From positions 768,001 through 832,000 of the forward strand of contig CBDCFN010000016.1 in NCBI GenBank assembly GCA_965216315.1: a stretch of 64,000 nt of DNA, read 5' to 3'. Both the position numbers and the translations under genes were made by a program. Positions 29,911 to 41,291 of the stretch are shown here, one piece after another. The notes beneath the pieces were generated by a model that made no database searches, was not told where the DNA came from, and saw only the letters and a program-made list of their open reading frames with translations. The DNA is from a bacterium (GTDB lineage: Bacteria > UBA10199 > 2-02-FULL-50-16 > JAJFLM01). Within the stretch, counting starts at the first letter, position 1. Each line of letters opens with the position of its first letter.

Positions 29911-30300
29911 TTAGACAGTTTCTTCTTTCACGTAAGCTTCATATTCTTCTGCGGTCATGAGTTGATCGAGTTCGTTTTGGTTGAGGATTTCAGCCCGGAT
30001 CAGCCAGCCTTCTCCATAGGGGTCGTCGTTGAGCGTCTCGGGACTGTCTGTGACGGGATCATTGGCTTCGCGGATGATGCCTGTAAAGGGAAGGAAGACA
30101 TCGCTGACTGATTTTACTGACTCGACGACGCCAAAGGCTTCGCCATTTCCGAATTCCTCGCCTTCTTGAGGGAGCTCAACAAAGACAATTTCGCCCAGTT
30201 GATCTTGCGCGTAATCGGTAATGCCAATCAACGCCGTATCACCATCGATACGCAGCCACTCATGCTCTTTGGTATATTTAAGTTCCTCAGGAATATTCAT
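29911..30300 (-). CDS. gcvH: Glycine cleavage system H protein
   Basis: HEW, GITDYAQ, VESVKS lipoyl-Lys. Confidence 0.97.
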   Translation of the reverse strand: MNIPEELKYTKEHEWLRIDGDTALIGITDYAQDQLGEIVFVELPQEGEEFGNGEAFGVVESVKSVSDVFLPFTGIIREANDPVTDSPETLNDDPYGEGWLIRAEILNQNELDQLMTAEEYEAYVKEETV

Positions 30301-30319
30301 AACTGCTTCGAACCCTCCC

Positions 30320-31411
30320 TCAAGCCGCTGGAGTTAAATAAAACGGCTGCTTTACGACCGCTGCTATTCTTTTTTTGCCGCGAATGTCAATGGCAATTTT
30401 AGTGCCTATTTCAGTGGCAGTGCCGGGGAGGTAGCCCGTTCCAATCCCTATATCGAGGGAAGGTGAAAGGGTCCCGCTGACGACATGACCGACAGCCTGA
30501 TCGTCCAGGCATATCGGATAGCCTTGGCGTGGAATGCTTCGATCGGTCATGCGAAAGGCGACAAGGTGGCGCTGAATTCCAGCGGCCTTAACCCGTTGGA
30601 GCGTCGCTTTTCCAATAAAATCATCACCATCCAGTTTCACAATCCAGGCGAGGCCAGCCTCGAAGGGGTTGGTTCGGTCATCGATTTCGTGGCCGTAGAG
30701 AGGATAATTGACCTCGAGGCGCAGCGTGTCTCGAGCCCCTAAGCCACAGGGAAGCAAGCCATGTGGGGACCCGGTCTGGATAAGTTGGTGCCATAGATCC
30801 GTTGCCAGTTGTGCCGGTCCATAAATTTCGAATCCATCTTCACCGGTGTAGCCTGTCCTTGAGATGAGCAGGTCCTGGCCTTGGTACCGGTAAGTCGTGA
30901 ATCGGAAGCGTTCCAATTGAGTTGGAGCCTCATCAAACGCAGTTTGCATGGCGGTGCTGGCTAGAGGGCCCTGAAGTGCGAGTTGGCACCAGGTATCAGA
31001 CTCGTTCCTAACGCTGACGGCTCCGTCACTGTGAGATTGAATCCATTCATAATCCTTGTCGATATTGCCGGCATTGACGCAGATAAGAATTTTTTCGGGG
31101 GTGAGCGGATACACGATTACGTCATCAACAAACGTGCCGTCCGAGGTGAGTAAGGCCGAGTATTGACACTGATTGACTTTAAGCCGTTTGAGATCATTGC
31201 AAGTGAGTCGTTGCGCAGCCGCCAGCGCGTCGGGGCCTTCGATAATGATCTCTCCCATGTGGGAGACATCAAAGAGCCCAAGACGTTTGCGGACGGCGTG
31301 GTGTTCCTCCCGTATGCTTGAGTACTGAACGGGCATTTCCCAGCCGCCGAACTCAACGATGCGGGCGCCGAGTTGTTGGTGTGTTTCAAAGAGAGGAGTA
31401 CGGTTAGCCAT
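30320..31411 (-). CDS. gcvT: Glycine cleavage aminomethyltransferase T
   Basis: [30 protein letters not shown]. Confidence 0.97.
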   Translation of the reverse strand: MANRTPLFETHQQLGARIVEFGGWEMPVQYSSIREEHHAVRKRLGLFDVSHMGEIIIEGPDALAAAQRLTCNDLKRLKVNQCQYSALLTSDGTFVDDVIVYPLTPEKILICVNAGNIDKDYEWIQSHSDGAVSVRNESDTWCQLALQGPLASTAMQTAFDEAPTQLERFRFTTYRYQGQDLLISRTGYTGEDGFEIYGPAQLATDLWHQLIQTGSPHGLLPCGLGARDTLRLEVNYPLYGHEIDDRTNPFEAGLAWIVKLDGDDFIGKATLQRVKAAGIQRHLVAFRMTDRSIPRQGYPICLDDQAVGHVVSGTLSPSLDIGIGTGYLPGTATEIGTKIAIDIRGKKRIAAVVKQPFYLTPAA

Positions 31412-32261
31412 CCACCGTTCTCTTTGCGGCTTCAAGGGTGTTCCACAATAGCATGGCGATTGTCATCGGTCCGACACCCCCGGGGACCGGCGTGATGTAA
31501 GCGGCGCGTTCGGCGCACGACTCAAAATCAACGTCGCCGCAAAGAGTTCCGTCTTCGAGCCGATTGATGCCAACATCTAAGACAACCGCGCCCGCTTTGA
31601 TCCATTCGCCGGGGACCATTTTGGGCCTCCCGACGGCGGCAACAAGTACATCCGCCTGTCTAATCTTGTCGGCCAAGTCTTGGGTGCGGGAATGACATAG
31701 GGTGACAGTTGCGTGACGCTCGAGCAGAAGTAAGGCAGCCGGCTTACCGACAATATTGCTGCGACCCAGAACAACGGCATCCTTGCCGGTCAGATCGTAG
31801 TTAATAGACTCGAGTATGCGAATCAGTCCAAAGGGAGTACAGGGTCGCGGACCGGGGAGTCCTGTCAGTAAACGACCCTGATTGACGGGATGAAAACCAT
31901 CAACATCTTTGTCGGGATCAATAGCCTGAAGAATGCGCTGTTCGTCTAAGTGATCCGGTAAGGGGAGCTGAACGAGAATGCCATGAATCGTACGATCCTT
32001 ATTGAGGCGGTCGATGAGGCTCAGTAAATCCGCTTCGCTGGTCGATGCCGGCAGATCATGTTGCTCGGCGTGAAACCCGGCCTTGGCACAGGCGCGCTCC
32101 TTGTTGCGAACGTAGATCTTAGATGCCTCATTGTCGCCCACGAGGACCACGGCCAGGCCCGGTTTGATAGCGGACTGCTCCAAGAGGGTCGCGGCCTCGC
32201 GACCAATCTCTTCACGAATCTTGAGGGCCAGTGCCTTTCCATCGATGATTTGGGCGGTCAT
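31404..32261 (-). CDS. folD: Methylene-THF dehydrogenase/cyclohydrolase
   Basis: [23 protein letters not shown]. Confidence 0.97.
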   Translation of the reverse strand: MTAQIIDGKALALKIREEIGREAATLLEQSAIKPGLAVVLVGDNEASKIYVRNKERACAKAGFHAEQHDLPASTSEADLLSLIDRLNKDRTIHGILVQLPLPDHLDEQRILQAIDPDKDVDGFHPVNQGRLLTGLPGPRPCTPFGLIRILESINYDLTGKDAVVLGRSNIVGKPAALLLLERHATVTLCHSRTQDLADKIRQADVLVAAVGRPKMVPGEWIKAGAVVLDVGINRLEDGTLCGDVDFESCAERAAYITPVPGGVGPMTIAMLLWNTLEAAKRTVDG

Positions 32262-32434
32262 AAATACTCCGCAAATTCTCCATTACATTACGAAGACGAA
32301 GGGCTTATCGCTACCGTGGCAGCAGAGCTCTGTCAATATTGCCCGAAAAATCGATGGGAACTTGTTTATTTACAGTACATTGAAAATATTATACTTTCAC
32401 GAATTGTCAGTACAGTAAGGGGGAGTACGACGCA

Positions 32435-34063
32435 TTGCGGCGTATACTATTAAAAGTCCTGTTGGTTTTACCGATCCTGCTCGCGTCTCAACCCGTGATG
32501 GCGACTCCGAGCTATAATGGCAATAATCTGGTACCGACGACGGATAACGGTCCCTACCTGAATACGCATTCAACGCGACAATTGAGAAAATATAAATGGA
32601 CGGTCGGAACGACCCTCAATTATGCCCATCGTCCTTTGGAGCTCGAAGGGCCTTCAGGAGGGCGCGTCAGTGGTGTGCTCGAAAACTTATTGGTGATGCA
32701 TCTTCTTGGTGCATTCGGAATCACCGATTGGGTTCAGATTGGTCTCGATGTGCCGATTGCCATCGTTGACCGGACAATTGATACAGCGACGGGTAATCCC
32801 AGCTTTCATACGCGCATGAGCGATATTCGACTCGAAGCCAAATTTCGCCTCTTGGATCCAGACAACCCGGATTATAAGGGGTGGGGAATTGCCGCGATTC
32901 CATTTATTAATTTTCCCACCGGATCGGGTACGCGCTTGGTCGGCAACAAGACCTTTGCGGGCGGCGCTAAGTTAGCCTTTGAATCACCTGACATCAGTGA
33001 TGTCGTCCGGATTGCCCTCAACGTGGGGTATGAAATGCGTGAATCGACCATTCTGTTTGGTACTGAAGTGGATGATTGGTTCATGTATTCTTTAGCTGCC
33101 AACTTCAGGGTTGCCGACTACTTTGAGATCGTTCCGGAAATCTGGGGCAAGACACTCGCCGGTGATATGTTTGAGCGTGAATCTCAAAGCCCATTGGAGT
33201 TGGGAGGCGTCTTTCGGGTTTTTCTCGCCGATAAAAAGTTGGCGCTTGATTTCGGGGGAAGCGGGGGATTGATGTCGGGTGTGGGGGCTCCGGTGTGGCG
33301 CGGTATTCTGAGAATTGCCTATAAGCCGCTGCGTCGCGATAATGAGTCTCAATATGATCTGCCTTTGCCGGTTGAGTTGACGGCCGAAGATTACTATCTA
33401 TTAGCCCAGAAATGTCCGCCGGATCCGGCTGACTTTGATGCAACAAAGCATGACGAAGCGTGTGATAAACTTTACGAACTCCGTGCTCTCCAGGGGCAAT
33501 GTCCCGATCCGGAAGAGTTTGATGCCAGTAGGCATGATGAAGCTTGCGAAAAAATCTATGAGTTACAGGGCTTCGATCATGACGGCGATGCCGTAGCCGA
33601 TTATCTCGATCGCTGTCCGGACCAGCAGGGCCCCATCGAAAATGACGGTTGCCCGACGCATGGAATTGTCGTGCTTGACTGGAGTGAGGGTCGGGTTAAG
33701 TCGGATAAAATCCTTTTTGAATTTAATAGTGCCGATCTAACTCCCGCGTCGCGGGATATTGTGAGGCGCATTGCGGAACAATTGATGGCCCATGTTGATT
33801 TCATCCAGCACATGACAGTCGAAGGCCACACGGATAGCGTTGGTCTCCGCGAATACAATCGAGTGCTTTCCGTCCGGCGGGCCCAGTCCGTTAGGAGTGC
33901 GTTAATCGACTACGGCGTGCCTGCACATAAAATGAATGCGGTCGGTTTTGGCCAATCACGCCCGGCAGTCGGCAATGAAACGGAAGAAGGCCAACAGCAA
34001 AATCGTCGGGTGGAGATTCGCTTTAGGGGGTCGTTGCCGGATTATCTTGGAACGACGCAGTAA
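32435..34063 (+). CDS. OmpA-family outer membrane protein (beta-barrel, Cys/Asp repeats, OmpA_C)
   Basis: Signal peptide; DHDGDAVADYLDRCP; VEGHTD...N..LS.RRA..V; NRRVE. Confidence 0.88.
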   Translation: MRRILLKVLLVLPILLASQPVMATPSYNGNNLVPTTDNGPYLNTHSTRQLRKYKWTVGTTLNYAHRPLELEGPSGGRVSGVLENLLVMHLLGAFGITDWVQIGLDVPIAIVDRTIDTATGNPSFHTRMSDIRLEAKFRLLDPDNPDYKGWGIAAIPFINFPTGSGTRLVGNKTFAGGAKLAFESPDISDVVRIALNVGYEMRESTILFGTEVDDWFMYSLAANFRVADYFEIVPEIWGKTLAGDMFERESQSPLELGGVFRVFLADKKLALDFGGSGGLMSGVGAPVWRGILRIAYKPLRRDNESQYDLPLPVELTAEDYYLLAQKCPPDPADFDATKHDEACDKLYELRALQGQCPDPEEFDASRHDEACEKIYELQGFDHDGDAVADYLDRCPDQQGPIENDGCPTHGIVVLDWSEGRVKSDKILFEFNSADLTPASRDIVRRIAEQLMAHVDFIQHMTVEGHTDSVGLREYNRVLSVRRAQSVRSALIDYGVPAHKMNAVGFGQSRPAVGNETEEGQQQNRRVEIRFRGSLPDYLGTTQ

Positions 34064-34071
34064 AACTTGAC

Positions 34072-34962
34072 TCAATCACAGGTGATGCGGTTGCGCCCGC
34101 TATTTTTAGAGGCGTAGAGGCACTTGTCGGCTCCGCTAATGAGGTCTTCCTCGGTTTCATAGCTGTCTTTGTCAAGAGTCGCTACGCCGACACTGACGGT
34201 TACGGGGATGACCTGACCTTCAAAGACGAATTCGTGTTCTTCGATCAGGCTCCTCAGCCGCTCGCCTAATACTTCGGCGCCTTCTTTGCCCGTATCTTTA
34301 AGAACAATCGTAAATTCTTCGCCCCCGTAACGGGCAAATAAATCTTCATCACGTATGATGGACTGGGCCAGTTTGGTCAGGCGCATCAGTACGAAATCCC
34401 CAGCGGGGTGACCATAAGTGTCATTGACGTTCTTGAAATGATCGATGTCGAACATGATAAGCGAGAGCGGGACTCCTTTGCGTTTTGCAAAACTGAATTC
34501 ACCGCAGAGTCGATCGAGTAAATGACGTTTATTATAAATGCTGGTGAGAGGGTCGAGATGACCCATGTTGTAAAGTTCTTGTTGAGTAGATTCATCGAGC
34601 TTATCGGCATAAATGTATTTAATCATCGTGGAGCTCGATATTTGAATCTTATCTTCATGAGTGAGTGTAAACGTCGTAATACGTTCACCATTCACGTACG
34701 TTCCATTGGTGCTATTAAGGTCCGTTGCTATCGTCTTGCCGCTATTATAATGAAGTTTGAGATGTTTTCGCGAGATGCCTTCGTCGTTGATAACGATGTC
34801 GGCATCTTCAGAGCGACCTAAGACGACGCTTCCCGTCTGCAGGAGTACCATTTTACCGAAGAGGGGCCCTTGCTGAAAGAGGATGTATGGATGCTTCTCT
34901 TGCTCATCGGCCTGAAGTTCAGGAACAGAGGTGACTATCGTATGATCCGTCGTATCATCCAT
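34072..34962 (-). CDS. FHA-domain diguanylate cyclase
   Basis: FHA (GR, SRKH, STNGT) plus RYGGEEF with RxxD I-site. Confidence 0.93.
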   Translation of the reverse strand: MDDTTDHTIVTSVPELQADEQEKHPYILFQQGPLFGKMVLLQTGSVVLGRSEDADIVINDEGISRKHLKLHYNSGKTIATDLNSTNGTYVNGERITTFTLTHEDKIQISSSTMIKYIYADKLDESTQQELYNMGHLDPLTSIYNKRHLLDRLCGEFSFAKRKGVPLSLIMFDIDHFKNVNDTYGHPAGDFVLMRLTKLAQSIIRDEDLFARYGGEEFTIVLKDTGKEGAEVLGERLRSLIEEHEFVFEGQVIPVTVSVGVATLDKDSYETEEDLISGADKCLYASKNSGRNRITCD

Positions 34963-35010
34963 AATGCTAAGGCTCTATCATAGCGGCAAAGCGGCCTGGA
35001 GACAAGTTCA

Positions 35011-36849
35011 CTATTTTCGGAGGGTTGCCCGGATGACGCTGGTTTTACCAGCGAAGATTTTAACGGTCTGCTCCCAGGTCCTGTAGCCGGGGAGCTCAAC
35101 GCGAATCGTGTGTTCGCTGCCGGGTTGCAACCGGGGAAGGCGTAAAGGGCTCGTTCCCTTATCGATGCCATCGATAAAGATTCGCGCTTTCGGTGGTTGA
35201 GAGGTGATGCGTAACGCACCGTAGTTAATGCGTAATTCCGCTTCTATTGTCGTGGGCGTGTCGCCGGACACCTGGGCCTTGCCAGCCCAATAGGTATGAT
35301 TTTTGAGGAAAAGTCCTATGTTGTAGGTCTGGCCAAGTTTTAATTTTTCGAGTTCGGCCGGTGTTTGCAGCCCGGTGTCGCGATCATTGATGAAAATTCT
35401 GGCCCCTGCTGGTTGTGAGCGGATGAGTAGCGTCCCAAATTCGGCAACTGGCGGGGTTGGTTTGGGCACCGGCGTGGGGACGGGCTTGGGTGGTGATACT
35501 ATTTTAATGGGTTTTGGCTGTGTGACCGGTGGTTCCGGTGCCGGTTCTGAATGGAAATACTCAACAACGTGCGGGGCAACCTTGTACCCGGCATAGGCCA
35601 GTGTGGCGAGAAGGACGCCGATCAGGACCCATCGATTCAAAATCATGCGGCGCCACGGGATGCGCCCGAGCCATTGACGCCAGGGAAAGGGTTTGCGTTG
35701 GGGAGTTGGCGCCGGTTCTTCAGGTTCAGGCGCTTCATCTGGCGCAGAGGCTTCGTCATCGGCTTTATCAACGTTTAAATTGTATGTTTCCAATTCGGTT
35801 AGGCGTCTTTGGAGTATGCGTGGGTCCGCGAGTGCGGTCACTTCCATTTCGTTGTCGACAATGGTGGGAGCCTCTTGGGAGATTGTTTGTCCGACGATCG
35901 TTGGTTCTTCATCGGCGCGGTCAGCAAACAAATTATTAAGATAGTCCTGCAGGTTGCGTGGGGCAAAATCAGGGTATCGCTGCACGAGCGTACGGATTAA
36001 ATCGAGTTGAAAATCATGGGCTGATTGGTAGCGATTTTTTTTATTCTTAGTTAAGGCCTTCTTGAGTATCTTATCCACTTCTTTTGGGATATCTTCTCGG
36101 TAGCCTTGCGCCGAAGGGACGCGGCAACGCTTGACGCGTTGGATCGTTTCACGATTGTTTTTTCCTTTAAAGAGGCGTTGGTTCGTTAGTAATTCCCACA
36201 GTATGACCGCGAGCGAAAAGATGTCGGTGCGACCATCCAGCTTTTCTCCACCGACATGCTCGGGAGACATATAGGCGAACTTCCCTTTTACCACTCCCGA
36301 ATCTGTGGTTGAGACCTGGGATGTCGCCTTCGCGATACCAAAGTCGATAATCTTAACCGTTCCGGACCAAGAAATGATGACATTTTGCGGGCTGATGTCG
36401 CGGTGAACGATGTTGAGTGGGTTTCCCCGGCTATCCGTTTTTTGATGCATGTAGGTGAGGCCATTAGCGACCTCCGAGATAATATAGAGGGCGATCGGAA
36501 CCGGCATCCATTCATTGTTTTGGCGTAAGTGGCGTGCGATACGGCTCAGGCTCTCGCCGTCGACATATTCCATTACCATGAAGTAATCATCGTCGATGCG
36601 TCCCAGGTCGAAGACTTGGGCGATATTGCCGTGTGAGAGTTGCACGGCCAGTTTGGCCTCTTGGACCAACATCTCGACGAAATCCTCATCGGCGGCAATC
36701 TGTGGGAGGATGCGTTTAATCACGACCGGTCGTTCCAGCCCACCCGGATCAATGGCCCGGCCCTTGAATATCTCGGCCATGCCCCCTTGGGCGATCTTTT
36801 CGTCGATGACGTATTGCCCTAATTGCTGGTCTTCAGCGGGGAGTCCCAT
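35011..36849 (-). CDS. Membrane Ser/Thr protein kinase with two PEGA domains
   Basis: GGMAE, HRDISPQN, DFG, YMSPE; TM helix; SQP.GA/KARIFI PEGA repeats. Confidence 0.93.
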   Translation of the reverse strand: MGLPAEDQQLGQYVIDEKIAQGGMAEIFKGRAIDPGGLERPVVIKRILPQIAADEDFVEMLVQEAKLAVQLSHGNIAQVFDLGRIDDDYFMVMEYVDGESLSRIARHLRQNNEWMPVPIALYIISEVANGLTYMHQKTDSRGNPLNIVHRDISPQNVIISWSGTVKIIDFGIAKATSQVSTTDSGVVKGKFAYMSPEHVGGEKLDGRTDIFSLAVILWELLTNQRLFKGKNNRETIQRVKRCRVPSAQGYREDIPKEVDKILKKALTKNKKNRYQSAHDFQLDLIRTLVQRYPDFAPRNLQDYLNNLFADRADEEPTIVGQTISQEAPTIVDNEMEVTALADPRILQRRLTELETYNLNVDKADDEASAPDEAPEPEEPAPTPQRKPFPWRQWLGRIPWRRMILNRWVLIGVLLATLAYAGYKVAPHVVEYFHSEPAPEPPVTQPKPIKIVSPPKPVPTPVPKPTPPVAEFGTLLIRSQPAGARIFINDRDTGLQTPAELEKLKLGQTYNIGLFLKNHTYWAGKAQVSGDTPTTIEAELRINYGALRITSQPPKARIFIDGIDKGTSPLRLPRLQPGSEHTIRVELPGYRTWEQTVKIFAGKTSVIRATLRK

Positions 36850-36945
36850 AGAGGCAAAATTATAGGGATAACGTGAATAAATCAATGAATTATGGTAACT
36901 TAGGGGCGCACCTGGAAGGGGATTTGTGCCGATACTTTATTATAT

Positions 36946-36980
36946 TCCCCCTCTCCTAAGCCTCTCCCCGAGGGGAGAGG
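36946..36980. repeat. REP-like palindrome CCTCTCCCC-GA-GGGGAGAGG
   Basis: Perfect inverted repeat preceded by CCCCCTCTCC, in the sctU/flhB 5' region. Confidence 0.6.
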
Positions 36981-37004
36981 TAGGCTAAGGAATAAGAGCG
37001 TTCT

Positions 37005-38090
37005 ATGGCTGAAGAAAAAGGCGGACAGGAAAAAACCGAAGACGCGACGCCCAAGCGGATGCGTGAGGCGCGCAAAAAGGGGCAAGTGGCCAAGAGTAAA
37101 GACCTCGTCACGGTCGCTATCCTGATCATTACCTGCGGGACGATTGCCGTCATGGCGGGGAATATCGGGGGACAGCTGCAAAACTTCCTGGAGATGGCCT
37201 TTGATATTCCTCAGGATGTGCGATCAATTTTTTCCGAACATGTTGGCGTTGTCGGCAAGGCAGGGGTCTTGGTCCTGGCAAAGGCGACCGGCCCGATTTT
37301 ATTGGCGGCCTTTCTGGCGGCGGCGGTGATCGGATACTTGCAGGTCGGCGCGCTTTTTAGCCTCGATCCGCTGATGCCTCAACTCAAGAAACTCAATCCC
37401 ATTGAAGGCCTCAAAAACATGGTGAAGATGCGCGTCTTCATTGAGCTGGTCAAAAACCTGATCAAGGTTTCGGCGATTATGTTTCTCGCCTTTCTTGCGA
37501 TAAGGAAATATCTACGCCCGTTCCTTCTGACGACAACGACACCTATTGATGAAGGCATCAAAGTAGGTGGCTTGATTCTCTTATATTTTTTGGCGCTCGT
37601 GTTTATTGTTTTTATCTTGGTCGCGGTAGCAGACATCATGCTGCAGAAAAAAGAACATGCGAAAAACCTTAAAATGACCAAAGACGAGGTGAAGCGCGAG
37701 TATAAGGAGGATGAAGGCGATCCATTAATTAAGGGCCAACGGAAGCAATTGCATCGTGAGATGGCTATGAGTGATGTCGCCCAACAAGTTTCTAAATCGG
37801 ATGTTGTCGTCACGAATCCGACGCACATAGCTATAGCGATTAAGTATGATGCTGCCGAAATGATTGCGCCGGAGATTATGGCGAAAGGGCAGCGACTTTA
37901 TGCCCAACGCATTCGCGAAATAGCTGAGCAGCAGGACATTCCTATCATGCGCAACATTCCCTTGGCATGGGCCCTCATTGAGCTAGAGATCGGCGATGAA
38001 ATCCCCGAAGATCTCTATCAGGCCATTGCGGAGGTGCTGGCCTTTGTCTACCGGCTCAAGGCCGAAAAAGAGCGTGCCCAATACCTTTAA
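37005..38090 (+). CDS. Type III export switch protein, SctU/FlhB family
   Basis: EKTEDATPKR, KMTKDEVKREYKEDEGDP, NPTH autocleavage motif, IPEDLYQAIAEVL. Confidence 0.93.
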   Translation: MAEEKGGQEKTEDATPKRMREARKKGQVAKSKDLVTVAILIITCGTIAVMAGNIGGQLQNFLEMAFDIPQDVRSIFSEHVGVVGKAGVLVLAKATGPILLAAFLAAAVIGYLQVGALFSLDPLMPQLKKLNPIEGLKNMVKMRVFIELVKNLIKVSAIMFLAFLAIRKYLRPFLLTTTTPIDEGIKVGGLILLYFLALVFIVFILVAVADIMLQKKEHAKNLKMTKDEVKREYKEDEGDPLIKGQRKQLHREMAMSDVAQQVSKSDVVVTNPTHIAIAIKYDAAEMIAPEIMAKGQRLYAQRIREIAEQQDIPIMRNIPLAWALIELEIGDEIPEDLYQAIAEVLAFVYRLKAEKERAQYL

Positions 38091-38560
38091 TGCATCTTAT
38101 GGCCAAAGTGTCCCATCTGGGGTTTGACCATCGCATGCCAGTGAGAATATTTCATTCGTATGGCATCTTGATGCGATCCCGCATGAAATTCGATTTCCTT
38201 GTCGTCGCTCAACGACGTCTCGGCATAGACCGGCATCTGGTAGAGCATGCCGAATGGGGGCATGGCGCCTACTTCACAATCCGGGAATAACGTGGCCAGT
38301 TCGCTTTCAGGGGCCAGTGTTATCTCAGGGTTGCCGATTGTCTCTCGAACCGCGCGGAGGTCGAGCTGGTAATCTGCCGGCAGCACCATCATGTAATAGT
38401 GCTCGGAATCCTTCAGGATAACGACCTTGGCGACTTCATGGGGATTAATGTTCTCCGCTTCGGCCAGCTGGAGTGCTGTCATGCTCCTGGAATGGTGCCG
38501 GACCAGATGCGGGGCTTGGACTTCTTCAAGATAGCTCTCTAATTGGTCAGAGGGACCCAT
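38087..38560 (-). CDS. YbaK/EbsC aminoacyl-tRNA deacylase-like protein
   Basis: AKVVI, FPDCEVGAMPPFG, AGSH. Confidence 0.9.
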   Translation of the reverse strand: MGPSDQLESYLEEVQAPHLVRHHSRSMTALQLAEAENINPHEVAKVVILKDSEHYYMMVLPADYQLDLRAVRETIGNPEITLAPESELATLFPDCEVGAMPPFGMLYQMPVYAETSLSDDKEIEFHAGSHQDAIRMKYSHWHAMVKPQMGHFGHKMH

Positions 38561-38734
38561 ATATTACTCCTGTTTAGTTGCCTTCATTTTAGTATAATGT
38601 GCCCCATCAAACCAGCGATAGCTGGCTCTGGGGGGCTATTTGAGGCCTGAAAGCCCTTGCAATGTCCAGACCCCTATGATAGCAACGGGCCTCGCTAAAG
38701 AGGGGGCTAGTTTGTCTAAAGAGTTCAATAGGTT

Positions 38735-39670
38735 ATGTCAGATAGTGTAGGAGTAAAAATGCAAGATTTGTTGGCCGCAGGAGTTCATTTTGGGCACCAG
38801 ACCCAAAAGTGGGATCCGCGCATGAAGCCGTTCATTTTCGGGGCTCGACGCGGAATTCACATCATCAATTTGGAGCATACCGTTCCCCTCTTCGAAAAGG
38901 CCTGTGCCTTCGTGAAGGAAATAGTCACTTCCGGAGGCGATGTCCTCTTTGTCGGGAATAAGCGCCAAGCGCAGCCTGTCATTGAGGAAGAGGCGAAGCG
39001 ATGTAAAATGCACTTCGTCAATAGCCGTTGGCTCGGCGGGACCCTCACTAATTTTTCGACGATTAAAGCTTCGATTGATCGCCTCAAAGATCTCGAAACG
39101 AAGATGGCAGAAGGGGTCTACGAGACGCTGAAAAAGAAAGAACGACGCCAGATTGAACGTGAGATCGAGAAACTGTCTAAGGCGTTAGGTGGAATCAAAG
39201 ATATGGAGTCTTTGCCGGCACTCCTCTTCATTATTGACCCCAACAAAGAACAGATTGCTCAAAAAGAGGCTAATCGACTCGGTATTCCCGTAGTTGCGGT
39301 GACGGACACGAACTGCAATCCGGAGGGAATTGATTATGTTATTCCCGGTAACGATGATGCCATCAAGGCCATCCGAATTTTTGCCAGCCGTATAGCTGAT
39401 TCAGTCCTGCAAGGATTGGAACAGCGTCAAGAGAGGATTCGTGAGGAAGTCGCTGCTGAAAAGGAAAAAACTCCTGAAGCGCCTAAAATCGAGGAGATGG
39501 TTCCGGAACAAAGTCGTTCCTATGTGAGCAAGGCGGTTAAAGAAGAGAAAGTTGCCATTGAAGAAACCGCGCCGGTTGAGGCTGCAGCCGAGCCGGCTTC
39601 TGAGCCGGCACCAGAACCCGCCGCACAACCAACCGAAGAAACGAAGCCAGCGGAGAAAGCCGATGGCTAG
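38735..39670 (+). CDS. rpsB: 30S ribosomal protein S2
   Basis: [24 protein letters not shown]-rich tail. Confidence 0.98.
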   Translation: MSDSVGVKMQDLLAAGVHFGHQTQKWDPRMKPFIFGARRGIHIINLEHTVPLFEKACAFVKEIVTSGGDVLFVGNKRQAQPVIEEEAKRCKMHFVNSRWLGGTLTNFSTIKASIDRLKDLETKMAEGVYETLKKKERRQIEREIEKLSKALGGIKDMESLPALLFIIDPNKEQIAQKEANRLGIPVVAVTDTNCNPEGIDYVIPGNDDAIKAIRIFASRIADSVLQGLEQRQERIREEVAAEKEKTPEAPKIEEMVPEQSRSYVSKAVKEEKVAIEETAPVEAAAEPASEPAPEPAAQPTEETKPAEKADG

Positions 39671-40514
39671 CGCGGAACAGGTTAAAGAACTCAGAGCGCG
39701 AACCAATGCGGGCATTATGGAATGCAAGAAGGCCCTCTTAGAGTCTGGCGACGATATAGAGAAGGCGATTGAATTCCTGCGTAAACAAGGGACCATTAAG
39801 GCGGCTAAGAAGTCGGGGCGTGACACCCAAGAAGGGCTTGTCAATATTGCGCTTGGTTCCGGCGGTGAACGTGCTGCCATGGTGGAGGTGAATTGCGAGA
39901 CGGATTTTGTCGCGCGCAACGAGGACTTTCAAAAGTTTGTTGCGGATCTGGCGGCACATGCACTGGAAGTCGGCGGAAACGACTTGCCGCAGTTGTTAGA
40001 TAGCAAGATGGGTGACAAAACCGTTTCCGAAGCCCTTCAGGCGACCGTTGCCGTTATAGGCGAAAATATGAGCATTGCCCGTTTTGAAGTTTGCTCCCGG
40101 GAGCAACCAAACGAAAAGCTCGCCAATTACGTCCATGCAGGGAATCAGATTGGCGTTATTCTCAAGGTTGCAGGTGAGAAGGTTCCTCAAGATACGCTTA
40201 AAGATGTCGCGATGCACATTGCGGCGATGCATCCTTTGTATGTAGACGCTGATTCGGTGCCGGCCGAAGAGGCTGAGAAAGAACAGGAAGTCCTGCGTTC
40301 CTCCCCTGATCTCCAGGGCAAGCCGGACGAGGTTGTTGAAAAAATGATCGCCGGGAGGTTCCGCAAATTCTTAAGTCAAGTGTGTTTAGTTGATCAGGTC
40401 TATATTAAGGACCCCCAAGGTAAACAAACAGTAAAAGATTATTTGAAGAGCTTGGATCCTGATTCTCGCGTGGTTAGTTTTGTGCGATTCCAGGTTGGGG
40501 ATAAAGCATCATAA
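39663..40514 (+). CDS. tsf: Elongation factor Ts
   Basis: [26 protein letters not shown]. Confidence 0.97.
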   Translation: MASAEQVKELRARTNAGIMECKKALLESGDDIEKAIEFLRKQGTIKAAKKSGRDTQEGLVNIALGSGGERAAMVEVNCETDFVARNEDFQKFVADLAAHALEVGGNDLPQLLDSKMGDKTVSEALQATVAVIGENMSIARFEVCSREQPNEKLANYVHAGNQIGVILKVAGEKVPQDTLKDVAMHIAAMHPLYVDADSVPAEEAEKEQEVLRSSPDLQGKPDEVVEKMIAGRFRKFLSQVCLVDQVYIKDPQGKQTVKDYLKSLDPDSRVVSFVRFQVGDKAS

Positions 40515-40540
40515 TGGGGGCCCTGGCGAGCCTCTATTGA

Positions 40541-41260
<720 letters not shown>

Positions 41261-41291
41261 CTATTCGAAATGACTGCCAATGGAGGGTGAC

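Noticed and set aside
36900..37181. Minus-strand ORF containing LPLPSGRGLGEG
   Set aside because: Translation of the REP-like palindrome plus antisense of the sctU/flhB gene
39430..39670. E/P/A-rich C-terminal tail of S2
   Set aside because: Low-complexity tails are common on RpsB
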